Source: Patescibacteria group bacterium
GTDB taxonomy: Bacteria > Patescibacteriota > Minisyncoccia > Phycocordibacterales > Phycocordibacteraceae
Reading direction: 5' to 3'
Assembly (NCBI GenBank): GCA_040390125.1
Contig: JAZJYZ010000001.1
Coordinates: 70,428-134,427 of the forward strand
DNA length: 64,000 bases
Shown: one piece after another, positions 54,961 to 64,000 of the stretch
Position numbering within the stretch: position 1 is the stretch's first letter
Layout of the letters: each line of letters opens with the position of its first letter
Notes under the pieces: generated by a model
What the model was told of the DNA's origin: nothing
What the model saw: only the letters and a program-made list of their open reading frames with translations
Database searches by the model: none
Program-made: the position numbers and the translations under genes

Positions 54961-55265
54961 GACTATAGCAGTGCATTGTCCCTAAGTGTTTATATTCTTA
55001 TAAAATGGCTCTGTAGAGGCATATTTTTATATATACAGGAAAAAGTACCTAAAAACCATTTTCCCCGTCATTTAAAGAGGTGTTTTTCTAAAATATGGCT
55101 TAAATAAAAGGTTTTATGAATTTTTATTACTAAAAACACCCTTTGTCCAGCATATTATCCCCCTAATGAGTTTTTCATGGTTGACTCCAAAGTTGGTGAG
55201 GATATAGTGAACGTAAGGTACCGCCCATCCTCGTCTCTCGCATTGGCTCGTATCAGCCATTCTTC

Positions 55266-56408
55266 TTGGAGACTCCCGTTCGGCTATCCCTAGAGTGGGG
55301 AATACATATAGAAAAAGAAAATAATAACGCCCGTGACCTCTCTCATTCAGGTCTTCGAGCTACACAAAGGAAGTACCGTTCGGTTTTCATTGCCGTCCTC
55401 ATCTTCTTTTCATGTGTCGGAATTTTTAATGAAGCACAAGCCTTCTCTTTTTCTTCCTTGTCTAACTTCTTTTCTCCTCTTATCTCTCTTTCGGGAGATC
55501 CTGCCCCGTATTTCTCTGCTTCAAAGACTCCCGCCCTTAAGGCTGCGGTAAACGTTGACCCAAACCCAGCAAAAGGCGGTGGGGATATTAGTATTGTGGG
55601 TGGTGTGGCTCTTGTGTCGGAGGCTGGCCCCGAAGGGACACTCGCAGACATCGAGGAGCAGAAACCAGTTTCGAGCCAGATTTCAATATATGTAGTCCGG
55701 CAGGGAGATTCACTCTCCGAAATCGCAGGAATGTTTGATGTTTCTGTAAATACCATCCTTTGGGCTAACAATTTGACGAGTGCAAAATCAGTGCACCCTG
55801 GCGATACTCTAGTCATTCTTCCAGTTACAGGAGTCGAGCACACCGTTTTGAAAGGAGAGACACTCGCTGGAATTGTTAAGAAGTACAAGGGAGACATGAA
55901 AGATGTGCTGGATTTCAATAATCTTTCTTCTGGGGCATCGCTTGCAGTCGGAGACACCATTGTGATACCTGACGGGGTTGAGGCATCTGCTCCTAGTGTG
56001 TCTTCTGGTTCTTCCTCGAAGGGTAATACAAAACTCGTAAAAAGTGCCGGAGGTCCAGTTGTGGAAGGGTATTACTTGCGACCTCTCATCGGTGGTAGGA
56101 AGTCGCAGGGACTTCACGGATATAACGGTGTGGACATCAGCACTCCTGTCGGTACGCAGATATTAGCTTCATGTCCTGGTAGTGTCATGGTAAGCAGAAA
56201 CTCTGGCTGGAACGGTGGTTATGGCGACTACATAGTCATTCAGTGTTCAAACGGTACGCAAACAGTGTACGGGCATCTTTCGGAAACACTGGTGTCTGCG
56301 GGCTCGTCAGTGGTACAAGGACAAGTCATCGCTCTCTCAGGAAACACAGGGCGTTCAACAGGTGCACATCTTCACTTCGAAATTCGTGGTGCCACGAATC
56401 CTTTTTAA
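55266..56408 (+). CDS. LysM/M23 peptidase family protein (start uncertain)
   Basis: Two LysM repeats; HGYNGVD, YGHL, HLHFE. Confidence 0.9.
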   Translation: METPVRLSLEWGIHIEKENNNARDLSHSGLRATQRKYRSVFIAVLIFFSCVGIFNEAQAFSFSSLSNFFSPLISLSGDPAPYFSASKTPALKAAVNVDPNPAKGGGDISIVGGVALVSEAGPEGTLADIEEQKPVSSQISIYVVRQGDSLSEIAGMFDVSVNTILWANNLTSAKSVHPGDTLVILPVTGVEHTVLKGETLAGIVKKYKGDMKDVLDFNNLSSGASLAVGDTIVIPDGVEASAPSVSSGSSSKGNTKLVKSAGGPVVEGYYLRPLIGGRKSQGLHGYNGVDISTPVGTQILASCPGSVMVSRNSGWNGGYGDYIVIQCSNGTQTVYGHLSETLVSAGSSVVQGQVIALSGNTGRSTGAHLHFEIRGATNPF

Positions 56409-56424
56409 AAATTTACGTTAGCGT

Positions 56425-57429
56425 TTAAGCAACTCGCTGGGTTTGAGCCTCATCAAAAAATTCTTCCCCGTCTTCATTTGCAGGAAGAGTGTTTTCGGTT
56501 TCAGAAATTTCTACTTCTTCTGGGTCATCCACAGGCTCTTGTCTGAATACTGGTTGTGTATTTACGAGTGTGGAACTTTCAGGTCTACTAGAGCCACTAG
56601 TATTCATTAAATTGCTAGCGACTGGTTGCCTATTTGACGCATTACTTACAAACGCTGCACTTTGAGGGTCACCGGTGTTCCCTCTATTCACCAAATCGCT
56701 GGAGCTAGTAGTCCTCTCGGAAGATTGATTGACGAGGGTGGTACCTGTCGTTTGTGGTGGCCTTGCAATTCCGTCTACATTTCTACTTTCAAGTGGAGTA
56801 TTTTCTCTACGGGAGTCCCTCGAGGCATTTTGTGGGCTGTTGTCGTTTGCACCTGCCATGTTTGAAGGATCATAATTTTGGTTTGGAGTTCCTCCATAAG
56901 AGCTCATTCCTCCGTTGTAGCCGGCAGGCATAGGGCCTTCTGCCGTTTGAGTATCTTGGAGTTCTTCACGGGCATCGTTCAGCATTTTTACGATGCTTCT
57001 TTTTTTGCGGTATGCCACGAGAACGAATATAGTTTCGAGGGGAAGCACGTTGAGGCCGGGTATGAACTCTGCCACAACAGTTGTGCTCAATCTTTTCCAT
57101 ATCCACTTTTTCCAAATGCTTTTTATCAGCATTTTTTTCCACCAATCGCCATGCCGTATGTCGTCGGCGATACACCAGAAAAATAGAACTACCCATAAGA
57201 CCACTCCTGTAACAAAAGTTAATACAATGCCGACACCGGTTAAAGTTAGGCCAATATCTAAAGCATCTTTCAATGCAGATAACCCGAAGAGGTTAAAAGG
57301 GAATTTTGGCATTTCTATAGGATCGTCCTCGAGTAGTTTTTCTTCGCTGTCTTGAAGGTCGCCACCTCCATCACGCATTGCCTTGCGTGTTTCTTCAAGA
57401 GCCGTTCCCTTTCCTTTCCAAGATGCCAT
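56425..57429 (-). CDS. Hypothetical membrane protein with long low-complexity C-terminus
   Basis: Start placed at MASWKG (57429); TM region, EFIPGLNVLP. Confidence 0.7.
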   Translation of the reverse strand: MASWKGKGTALEETRKAMRDGGGDLQDSEEKLLEDDPIEMPKFPFNLFGLSALKDALDIGLTLTGVGIVLTFVTGVVLWVVLFFWCIADDIRHGDWWKKMLIKSIWKKWIWKRLSTTVVAEFIPGLNVLPLETIFVLVAYRKKRSIVKMLNDAREELQDTQTAEGPMPAGYNGGMSSYGGTPNQNYDPSNMAGANDNSPQNASRDSRRENTPLESRNVDGIARPPQTTGTTLVNQSSERTTSSSDLVNRGNTGDPQSAAFVSNASNRQPVASNLMNTSGSSRPESSTLVNTQPVFRQEPVDDPEEVEISETENTLPANEDGEEFFDEAQTQRVA

Positions 57430-57457
57430 TACGCTATTGTAACTCGTTACTCTTGGC

Positions 57458-58960
57458 TTACTGTCGGGGCAGACGTGGCCGGTACTGCAAGGCTTCAAGT
57501 ACGTGAGATGAGCCAACCACTTCCTCATCCGAAAGATCTGCGATAGTTCGTGCAAGCCGAAGCACACGATGGTACGAGCGTGGTGAGAGTTTTAATGTTT
57601 TTGCAGCACCAGTTAAGGTATTTCGTGCGTCATCAGAAATATCCACCTGCTCGTCGAGAACTTTTGAGGGAAGTTCGCTGTTTGTGGTGATGTTCAGCTT
57701 AAGATTTTTTGAACGTTCAATTTGTTTTTCTCTCGCTTTCATCACACGAGCCCGCACCGTGTGAGATTTTTCAGATTCGTTTTTGCTATTCAGTTTTTCG
57801 TGCGGAACGTGCGGAGCGTCTATCCATACGTCAACCCTATCAACGATGGCACCAGAAAGTTTTTTATAAAAACGAGACGCTTCTCGGGGGTCAGCGTTAT
57901 TTCCAGGTGGGTTCATCGCAGCGACGAGCATAATGTTAGCGGGGAACGTGGTTGAACCCACGGCTCTGGAGATGGTGATGGCTCGATTCTCCAAAGGTTC
58001 TCGTAGCGCTTCAAGAGCTCGTCTATCAAATTCAGGAAATTCATCAAGGAAAAGTACACCACGATGTGCAAGTGTTATCTCCCCTGGCCTGAGTGAGTTA
58101 CCTCCACCAACGAGTGCGACATAGGAAGATGTGTGATGTGGTGCACGCACAGGTGCATAGGTAATGAGTGTTTCTTTGAGTGTTCCTGCAACTGAGTGAA
58201 TTGCGGTTACTTCCACGGCTTCTTCAAAAGATAACGGCGGGAGGATTCCTGAAAGTGCGTGTGCAAGCATGGTCTTTCCTGTGCCGGGAGGGCCAACAAA
58301 CGCAATGTTATGGCGTCCTGCAGCCGCAATTTCAAGCCCACGTTTTGCAGTTTCTTGGCCTTTTATATCTGCAATGTCTACCGACGGGAGCATACTTTCT
58401 TCCGTTTTCCCTCCGTGGTGTGGAGTTTCAGCGAGTGCTTTTCTCCCCGTTATGTGTTCAATTACTTCTTTGAGTGAGTGTGCTCCGAATACCTTAATGC
58501 CAGCGACGAGCCCTGCTTCAAGGGCGTTTTTTTCAGGGACGAATATCGTAGTAAATCCTTTTGCTTTTGCGGTGAGTGTTGCTGGCAGTATTCCTCGTAC
58601 CTCTCTGAGTGTTCCGTCGAGCGCCAATTCTCCCAAGAAAGCTATTTTTTCGGGATCAAATTTAATTTCTTCTGCAGACAACAGATACGACAATGCCATT
58701 GGTAAATCAAAAACCGCCCCCTCCTTTTTCAGTCCGGCGGGGGCGAGTGAAATAACTATTTTATGATTGAACGTCTTTGGCGACTTGAAGCCAGAGTGTT
58801 TTATTGCGGCTGAAAGGCGATCTCTCGCTTCTTCCACTGCTTTATCTGCAAGTCCGACAACTGAAAATGCATACAGCGTCCTTTCGGTGACGTCAGCTTC
58901 AATAGTTACTATCGTGGAATGTGGAAATCCTGGCTGAACGCTAAAGGTGCGTGCAAACAT
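57458..58960 (-). CDS. comM: YifB/ComM family Mg-chelatase-like AAA+ ATPase
   Basis: GPPGTGKT, RAPHHT, LAHRGVLFLDE, RLARTIADL. Confidence 0.9.
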   Translation of the reverse strand: MFARTFSVQPGFPHSTIVTIEADVTERTLYAFSVVGLADKAVEEARDRLSAAIKHSGFKSPKTFNHKIVISLAPAGLKKEGAVFDLPMALSYLLSAEEIKFDPEKIAFLGELALDGTLREVRGILPATLTAKAKGFTTIFVPEKNALEAGLVAGIKVFGAHSLKEVIEHITGRKALAETPHHGGKTEESMLPSVDIADIKGQETAKRGLEIAAAGRHNIAFVGPPGTGKTMLAHALSGILPPLSFEEAVEVTAIHSVAGTLKETLITYAPVRAPHHTSSYVALVGGGNSLRPGEITLAHRGVLFLDEFPEFDRRALEALREPLENRAITISRAVGSTTFPANIMLVAAMNPPGNNADPREASRFYKKLSGAIVDRVDVWIDAPHVPHEKLNSKNESEKSHTVRARVMKAREKQIERSKNLKLNITTNSELPSKVLDEQVDISDDARNTLTGAAKTLKLSPRSYHRVLRLARTIADLSDEEVVGSSHVLEALQYRPRLPRQ

Positions 58961-59046
58961 AACTGCGAGCAGTATATCAGCTCAGAGAATGATCAAATTT
59001 CAATTATCAATTTTCCAGTCTAATATTCCAAACCTTCCCTCATGAT

Positions 59047-59074
59047 CTGACTATACGATCAATCGTATAGTCAG
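59047..59074. repeat. Palindrome copy 1 (13-bp arms)
   Basis: CTGACTATACGAT-ca-ATCGTATAGTCAG. Confidence 0.9.
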
Positions 59075-59511
59075 GAGTCATAGTATTCACTTTGGCGAGC
59101 CCCACGCTTGAATGCATCCCATCTGCCACGTCCTAGTGGGAGCACGCCGGCTTCAAGCAGTTTTTCTAAAAGATCTAGAAATGACTCACCTTCGAATTTT
59201 TTTGAGTTGTTCTTTGCGTACCGAATGACATGTGCATAACGACCCTTCTTCATATCTCGCACAATCCGGCCAACGGTATCCGGGCTTACCTTCAGAAGTT
59301 CCTCTATTTGTGGTGCACTATATGAACGAACGAGCATCACTATGATTGCCAGTCGTTTTGCTAGCACGATACGCTCCTCTTTTCCTAAGAGTTCCTTTAT
59401 GAGGGCATATGCATCGCGTTTGGTTCGTGCGTGCACTACCGACATAAGAAAGTAATCACCAATCGTTTCCGCAGTGTTAGGAGCGAGTTTCTTTTTTGAA
59501 GTATGTGCCAT
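59071..59511 (-). CDS. TrpR-like (YerC/YecD) helix-turn-helix protein
   Basis: ELLGKEERIVLAKRLAI...SAPQIEELLKVSPDTVGR; start placed at MAHTSKK. Confidence 0.8.
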   Translation of the reverse strand: MAHTSKKKLAPNTAETIGDYFLMSVVHARTKRDAYALIKELLGKEERIVLAKRLAIIVMLVRSYSAPQIEELLKVSPDTVGRIVRDMKKGRYAHVIRYAKNNSKKFEGESFLDLLEKLLEAGVLPLGRGRWDAFKRGARQSEYYDS

Positions 59512-59528
59512 AGACACGCATACCATAC

Positions 59529-59562
59529 CACAAGACTATACGATCAATCGTATAGTCTTGTG
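59529..59562. repeat. Palindrome copy 2 (16-bp arms)
   Basis: CACAAGACTATACGAT-ca-ATCGTATAGTCTTGTG. Confidence 0.9.
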
Positions 59563-59654
59563 TAGTGAATATAGCTCACTAGAATCTGAATTTTCCTCGG
59601 AGCTCTGCTACGAGGTTCTTAATTTAAATGAGTGCTCCAAAAATTCGAAGGAGT

Positions 59655-60032
59655 TTATCCAACCGTTTCTCGCATGTGCTTCTTGCAGGTGGGTGCTGCA
59701 GGATTTGCTTCAAGGCGATCCATTTCAATTGCCTCTCCTGAAATTTCACACGTACCGTACGTGCCCTCTGTTATTTTCAACAGTGCGTTCACGACTTGGT
59801 TCAATCTGCCTTCGAGTTCATTGAGAGCTGCATTGTTGTCTTGCATGTCTTCAATGATGTCGGCGTTGTCATTTCGGTCAGCACCAAATTCGTCTCCCGC
59901 AGGTTTAACAGGCATCCAGTCTGAAGGGTTTGAAGGATTTCTGCTCCCAAGCTCTGAAAGCTCTGTTTCTAGGAGCACCTTCTCTTCTTCGAGCAATTTT
60001 TTAAACTTTACAGTGTCGTTTTGTGTGAGCAT
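59655..60032 (-). CDS. DksA/TraR family protein
   Basis: Coiled coil with DRNDNAD; GTYGTCEISGEAI..RLEANP.A.TC. Confidence 0.88.
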   Translation of the reverse strand: MLTQNDTVKFKKLLEEEKVLLETELSELGSRNPSNPSDWMPVKPAGDEFGADRNDNADIIEDMQDNNAALNELEGRLNQVVNALLKITEGTYGTCEISGEAIEMDRLEANPAAPTCKKHMRETVG

Positions 60033-60050
60033 GCGGGTATCCTAACATGG

Positions 60051-60132
60051 CTAGCCATTAGCCACTAGAGATTAGCCAATAGGGAGGATTTGGTCAGTCT
60101 GAGTTCCCTACACCCTAGTGGCGAGTGGCTAA
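60051..60132. repeat. Inverted pair of 7-nt arrays
   Basis: CTAGCCA TTAGCCA CTAGAGA TTAGCCA ATAGGGA / TCCCTAC ACCCTAG TGGCGAG TGGCTAA. Confidence 0.75.
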
Positions 60133-61484
60133 TTACTCGTTTTTTGCAATGAAAGCCGGGTGATTATTTCACGGAGTGTACTTTCGTTTGTGGTTATGAG
60201 AATAAGGTCAGGTCGAAGGAAGGTGTACATAATGTGCCACGAGACTTGGCTTTCACGGATGTCGATATTTTGAATAGTGCGATCAGTAAATGTGAGGGCT
60301 GGCGGAGTGGAAGTGATGCTTGCGGGTGCAAGCGAGGAAGGTCGGAAGAAATCCCCCAAGCCCTCGTTCATTCTTGTTTCCCAAGAGAGCATCGCTTCAA
60401 AGGCGCGGTCATACGCTGAAACAGTAACTAAGAGAAATGGTTGATTGTGATCAAACGCATGTATGCCGACCATAATGCCCGTTGCATTGCGCGACAATTC
60501 GTTCGGTGAACCAAGAAGTGTAAGAATTTCTGATGCATTCAACTCACTTCCATTGCTGGCTATTACAAATTCTTCCACTTCCCCGAGATTAATAACGGCC
60601 GACTCTTTTATTTTTGCGAGCTCGGTAGAAAGCACTTCTTCCGAAGTATGTTCTACCGAGAGTGCATGGTTAGCTGGAATGAGCGATTGGCGTGGTGGAT
60701 TTATTTCTGAAGACGTGTGTAAGAAAAATGCGACACCAACACTCCCAATGCCAATCACTATCAAAAAAAGAGCTCCCACCAAAAACATGCGTCCACGATT
60801 TTTACGTCGGCCAATTGCTGCCTCGTCTTCGTATGGTCCTTCAGTCATCGTGCGTTGTTGCTCAGCACCTACAATTGCGGTGAGTGTAGTATTTCTCTTT
60901 CGAATTTCCATACTGATGTCGTTCGCATAGGTGCGAACTCGGGGGATCCCATCTCCCCCGTCCTCAGTGTGTTTGATAGATTCAATTTCTGGTGGCGGAG
61001 TTTTTTCCCTGATTGGCTGTTCTCCAATGCCAATTTCACGCTCGCTTCTTTCGGCGGGTGGGATTGAACGCACAAGCTCAGGAGCGTCCTTTGCCAGTTC
61101 TTTTTTTCCCGGTAGAGTCGAGGCGATATTTTGTGCCTCAGTGATTGCGTTTCCTATATGCAAAGAATTTTGCGCTTTTGTGAGAGGTTCTTCCAATCCA
61201 AACTTTCTTTTCAACTCCAAAGCTCCCAGTGGCAGTACTACTTTATTAGGAACTACCGGGGCTGGTTTCTCAGTATTTTTTTCAGGCCCATCAAGAAGTA
61301 CTGGTGCAATAACTGGCAACAGTTCAGGGTGGTCTGTATTTGGAGAGTCCGCACTCTTTGTAGGGGCATCAAGAAGAGGCTCTTTCTCTGGGGTTCTATT
61401 ACCAGCGGTGTCCTCCGCCTTGTTCACGTCTGTCTCCATTTCGTCTATCATTGTAACCTCCTCTCGGTGCTTCTCCTCCTCCAT
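60129..61484 (-). CDS. Hypothetical single-TM protein (start uncertain)
   Basis: Disordered N-terminus, RTY..D motif, TM, AMLSWE...FTDRTIQNIDIR. Confidence 0.75.
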   Translation of the reverse strand: MEEEKHREEVTMIDEMETDVNKAEDTAGNRTPEKEPLLDAPTKSADSPNTDHPELLPVIAPVLLDGPEKNTEKPAPVVPNKVVLPLGALELKRKFGLEEPLTKAQNSLHIGNAITEAQNIASTLPGKKELAKDAPELVRSIPPAERSEREIGIGEQPIREKTPPPEIESIKHTEDGGDGIPRVRTYANDISMEIRKRNTTLTAIVGAEQQRTMTEGPYEDEAAIGRRKNRGRMFLVGALFLIVIGIGSVGVAFFLHTSSEINPPRQSLIPANHALSVEHTSEEVLSTELAKIKESAVINLGEVEEFVIASNGSELNASEILTLLGSPNELSRNATGIMVGIHAFDHNQPFLLVTVSAYDRAFEAMLSWETRMNEGLGDFFRPSSLAPASITSTPPALTFTDRTIQNIDIRESQVSWHIMYTFLRPDLILITTNESTLREIITRLSLQKTSN

Positions 61485-63612
61485 TCCCCTCGGCAGGCTT
61501 CAAGCCTTTCCTTGTAGCGAAATCAGGGTCAATCATTTTTATAGAAAGATTCACCCGTCCTTGGTCGTCAACCTCTTTCACTACTACTTTCACCACGTCA
61601 CCCACTTTAAACGCCTCATCTACTGTGGCAATTTTGAAAGGTGCTACTTCAGAGATGTGCACTAATCCTTCTGCTTTGGCGTTGAGTCGGACGAATGCTC
61701 CGAAATTCATCAATCGTGTTACTGGCCCCTCAATTACGTCGCCCGCTTTGAATACACGTGTCATGTCTCGAATTATCTGTGCCGCTTTCTCTGGCGCATC
61801 CCCCACTCCGGTGAGGAATACGGTACCGTCATCATCTATTGCGATTGAACCGACTCCTGTCTCTTCTTCAATTTTGCGAATATTTTTTCCTTGTGGTCCG
61901 ATTACCATACCAATCATGTCAGGAGGAATGGTGAGCGAAACAATTTTTGGGGCACGAGGTGAGAGGTCGCCTCGTGGCTCTGCAATAGCTCCTGCCATTG
62001 TTTCAAGAATACTGAGGCGTGCTTTTTTTGCTGCAACGAGACCTTCAGCAAGTACCGCTACAGGTACACCTTCGACTTTCACGTCGAGCTGGATTGCAGT
62101 TACTCCGTTTTTTGTACCAGCTACTTTGAAATCCATATCGCCGTGGTGATCTTCAGGCCCCTGAATATCAGTCATTATTGCGTAGCGTGTTGGGCCATCG
62201 TACATAACGCCCATCGCAATGCCAGCAACCGGAGCTGAAAGTGGAACGCCACCATCCATAAGTGCCAACGTTGATGCACACACAGAACCCATTGAAGTGG
62301 AACCATTTGATGCGAGCGCTTCTGAAACGAGGCGAATGGTGTACGGGAAAGTTTCTTTTGGAGGAATCACAGCCGAGAGTGCTTTTTCTGCGAGTGCACC
62401 ATGGCCAATCATGCGACGGTTCATGCCTCCCATGCGCCCCGTCTCACCGACTGAGAATGGAGGAAAGTTGTAGTGATGCATGAAACGCTTCTTCACTTCT
62501 TTACCCTCGATGGAGTCAATAATTTGTGAATCATCGGGTCCACCCAAGGTGAGTGCTGAGAACACGTGCGTTCCACCACGATAGAAAATCCCTGAGCCGT
62601 GGAGCATTGGAGAAAAACCACCTGCTTCTGCGAAGAGTGGACGTAGCTCATCGAGCGCTCTTCCGTCCACACGCTCTTTTTTGTCGATGGCACGATCACG
62701 CATCATTTGTGCAACTTGATCTTCAAAATATGAGTCAGCTGTTTTGACTAACTCCGGCAAGGTTTCTGCTACGGTTTTTAGAAACCGATCTTTCAACTCA
62801 GCAGAGGCTTCTTTTCCTGGAACCCCCGAGAACACTGCCTGGCTAAACTCCCCTTCTATCGTTTTAAACAGGTCAGCAATTTGAGTATTCACTACTCGTT
62901 CCGGTACTACTTTTTTCTGCTTACCCATCGCTGCAATAATTTCCTTTTGAAACGCTTGAAGTTTTTCAAGTTCTTCCACTCCTCGAGAAAGCCCTGCAAC
63001 AAGCACGTCTTCAGAAACTTCTTTTGAGCCGACCTCAATCATCGTAACGACCCCGTCTTTACCACAGACCAGCAAGTCGAGCTCTGCGTCATCCGCATTT
63101 CTCATTGCATACGTAGGGTTCACATCGAATTCCGTTGCTCCTTTTTTTCTTCCGATACGTACCGCTGACACTGGACCGTTCCATGGGATGTGAGAAACGG
63201 CGAGTGCAATTGATGCCGCATTCACTGCCAAAATATCAGGATCGTCTTCGTCGATCGAGAGCACTGTAGTTACCACCTGCACTTCTTGTCGAAGATTGTG
63301 ATCGAAAAGAGGGCGAACCGTTCTGTCGATAACCCGACCCGAAAGAATGGCATCTTCAGAAGGTCTGCCTTCTCTGCGGAGGTAGCGTGAACCCAAGATG
63401 GAGCCTGCTGCATAAAATTTTTCTTCGTACTCAACGGTGAGAGGAAAATAATCAATGTCATTTCGCTCTCGTTTGCTCATGACGGCCGTTGCAAAGACTA
63501 TCGTGTTGCCATAGCGAACCATGACACTGCCATGTGCTTGTTCTGCAAGATCAGTAAATGTTGCAGTCAGCTTTTTCCCGCCAATCTCGGTCGAGAATTC
63601 TTTTTTTTGCAT
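61399..63612 (-). CDS. pnp: Polyribonucleotide nucleotidyltransferase
   Basis: FPLTVEYEEK, HYNFPPFSVGE, SNGSTSM, GDMDFKVAG, KH and S1 domains. Confidence 0.97.
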   Translation of the reverse strand: MQKKEFSTEIGGKKLTATFTDLAEQAHGSVMVRYGNTIVFATAVMSKRERNDIDYFPLTVEYEEKFYAAGSILGSRYLRREGRPSEDAILSGRVIDRTVRPLFDHNLRQEVQVVTTVLSIDEDDPDILAVNAASIALAVSHIPWNGPVSAVRIGRKKGATEFDVNPTYAMRNADDAELDLLVCGKDGVVTMIEVGSKEVSEDVLVAGLSRGVEELEKLQAFQKEIIAAMGKQKKVVPERVVNTQIADLFKTIEGEFSQAVFSGVPGKEASAELKDRFLKTVAETLPELVKTADSYFEDQVAQMMRDRAIDKKERVDGRALDELRPLFAEAGGFSPMLHGSGIFYRGGTHVFSALTLGGPDDSQIIDSIEGKEVKKRFMHHYNFPPFSVGETGRMGGMNRRMIGHGALAEKALSAVIPPKETFPYTIRLVSEALASNGSTSMGSVCASTLALMDGGVPLSAPVAGIAMGVMYDGPTRYAIMTDIQGPEDHHGDMDFKVAGTKNGVTAIQLDVKVEGVPVAVLAEGLVAAKKARLSILETMAGAIAEPRGDLSPRAPKIVSLTIPPDMIGMVIGPQGKNIRKIEEETGVGSIAIDDDGTVFLTGVGDAPEKAAQIIRDMTRVFKAGDVIEGPVTRLMNFGAFVRLNAKAEGLVHISEVAPFKIATVDEAFKVGDVVKVVVKEVDDQGRVNLSIKMIDPDFATRKGLKPAEGNGGGEAPRGGYNDRRNGDRREQGGGHRW

Positions 63613-63701
63613 GAATGTATAACGTTATGAGATTCGCAGAATTCAGGGCGGGCTAACCCTCCTCTGTATCTGAGAACCTCGCTTTTAATAGGCTGAGTAT
63701 A

Positions 63702-63735
63702 GCAAAAAACGCCTTTTGTGAAAGACGTTTTTTGC
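63702..63735. terminator. Terminator-like hairpin
   Basis: GCAAAAAACG...CGTTTTTTGC. Confidence 0.6.
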
Positions 63736-63751
63736 GCCGTCGTTTTTAGAA

Positions 63752-63785
63752 AAGCTGAAAGCTGACACCTGTAAGCTGAAAGCTT
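63752..63785. repeat. 7-nt tandem array
   Basis: AAGCTGA AAGCTGA CACCTGT AAGCTGA AAGCT. Confidence 0.75.
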
Positions 63786-63790
63786 CTTGT

Positions 63791-64000
63791 TTATCTCCCA
63801 TCCGTATCCGACCCAACTACCGTAGGGGCTGAGTCATCAGTGTCATCGAACTCGCCAGACTTCGGAGCTGTGCCAATTGCTTCCGCTGCCATATCAAGGA
63901 AGTTGCGGCCGTGAGGCATGAGGAATTTTTTAGGTTCTTCCGACATATCGATGAAATCGTTTGCTGACTCTATAAGTCGTGCTGAAGACGATTTACCAAA
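63791..64000 (-). CDS. C-terminus of a probable NYN-domain (LabA/DUF88) protein, partial
   Basis: FGKSSSARLIESANDFIDM...; open frame to TAA at 63791. Confidence 0.65.
   Translation of the reverse strand, partial: FGKSSSARLIESANDFIDMSEEPKKFLMPHGRNFLDMAAEAIGTAPKSGEFDDTDDSAPTVVGSDTDGR

Noticed and set aside
60931-61665. Long antisense ORFs (also 2220-2807, 40106-40789, 55343-55960)
   Set aside because: Shadows of well-supported genes on the opposite strand, with no recognisable motifs

Overview
This window is chromosomal DNA spanning the replication origin (dnaN-oriC-dnaA / rpmH-rnpA-yidC-jag) of a small-genome bacterium. The gene content points to Patescibacteria/CPR, probably Parcubacteria; this is an inference from PilMNO/PilB, a VirB4-PrgI-VirB6-like T4SS locus, and housekeeping genes with almost no biosynthesis. 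It holds about 60 CDS (polA, holA, ruvA/B/C, tyrS, murE, PBP1A, pcrA, rsmA, comM/yifB, pnp and others), 5 tRNAs, and several small ORFs missed by the ORF track. The most unusual signals are non-coding. (1) Three different tRNA genes carry 3' trailers with an antisense copy of their own T-arm/acceptor; in two of them an 'AC-8bp hairpin-T' module sits exactly at the T-stem/acceptor junction. Two of these tRNAs also share a covarying 5' leader. (2) About 20 degenerate 7-nt-period repeat arrays occur, often as inverted pairs. Some are 'empty', two pairs enclose four-helix-bundle genes, and some lie in-frame inside polA, ruvC and rsmA. (3) A TrpR-like gene is bracketed by two identical 24-bp palindromes. 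Also notable are an EEP-riboflavin kinase fusion, an alternative oxidase, and a VUT-DHFR-CofE cluster. All assignments were made by eye; no searches were run.
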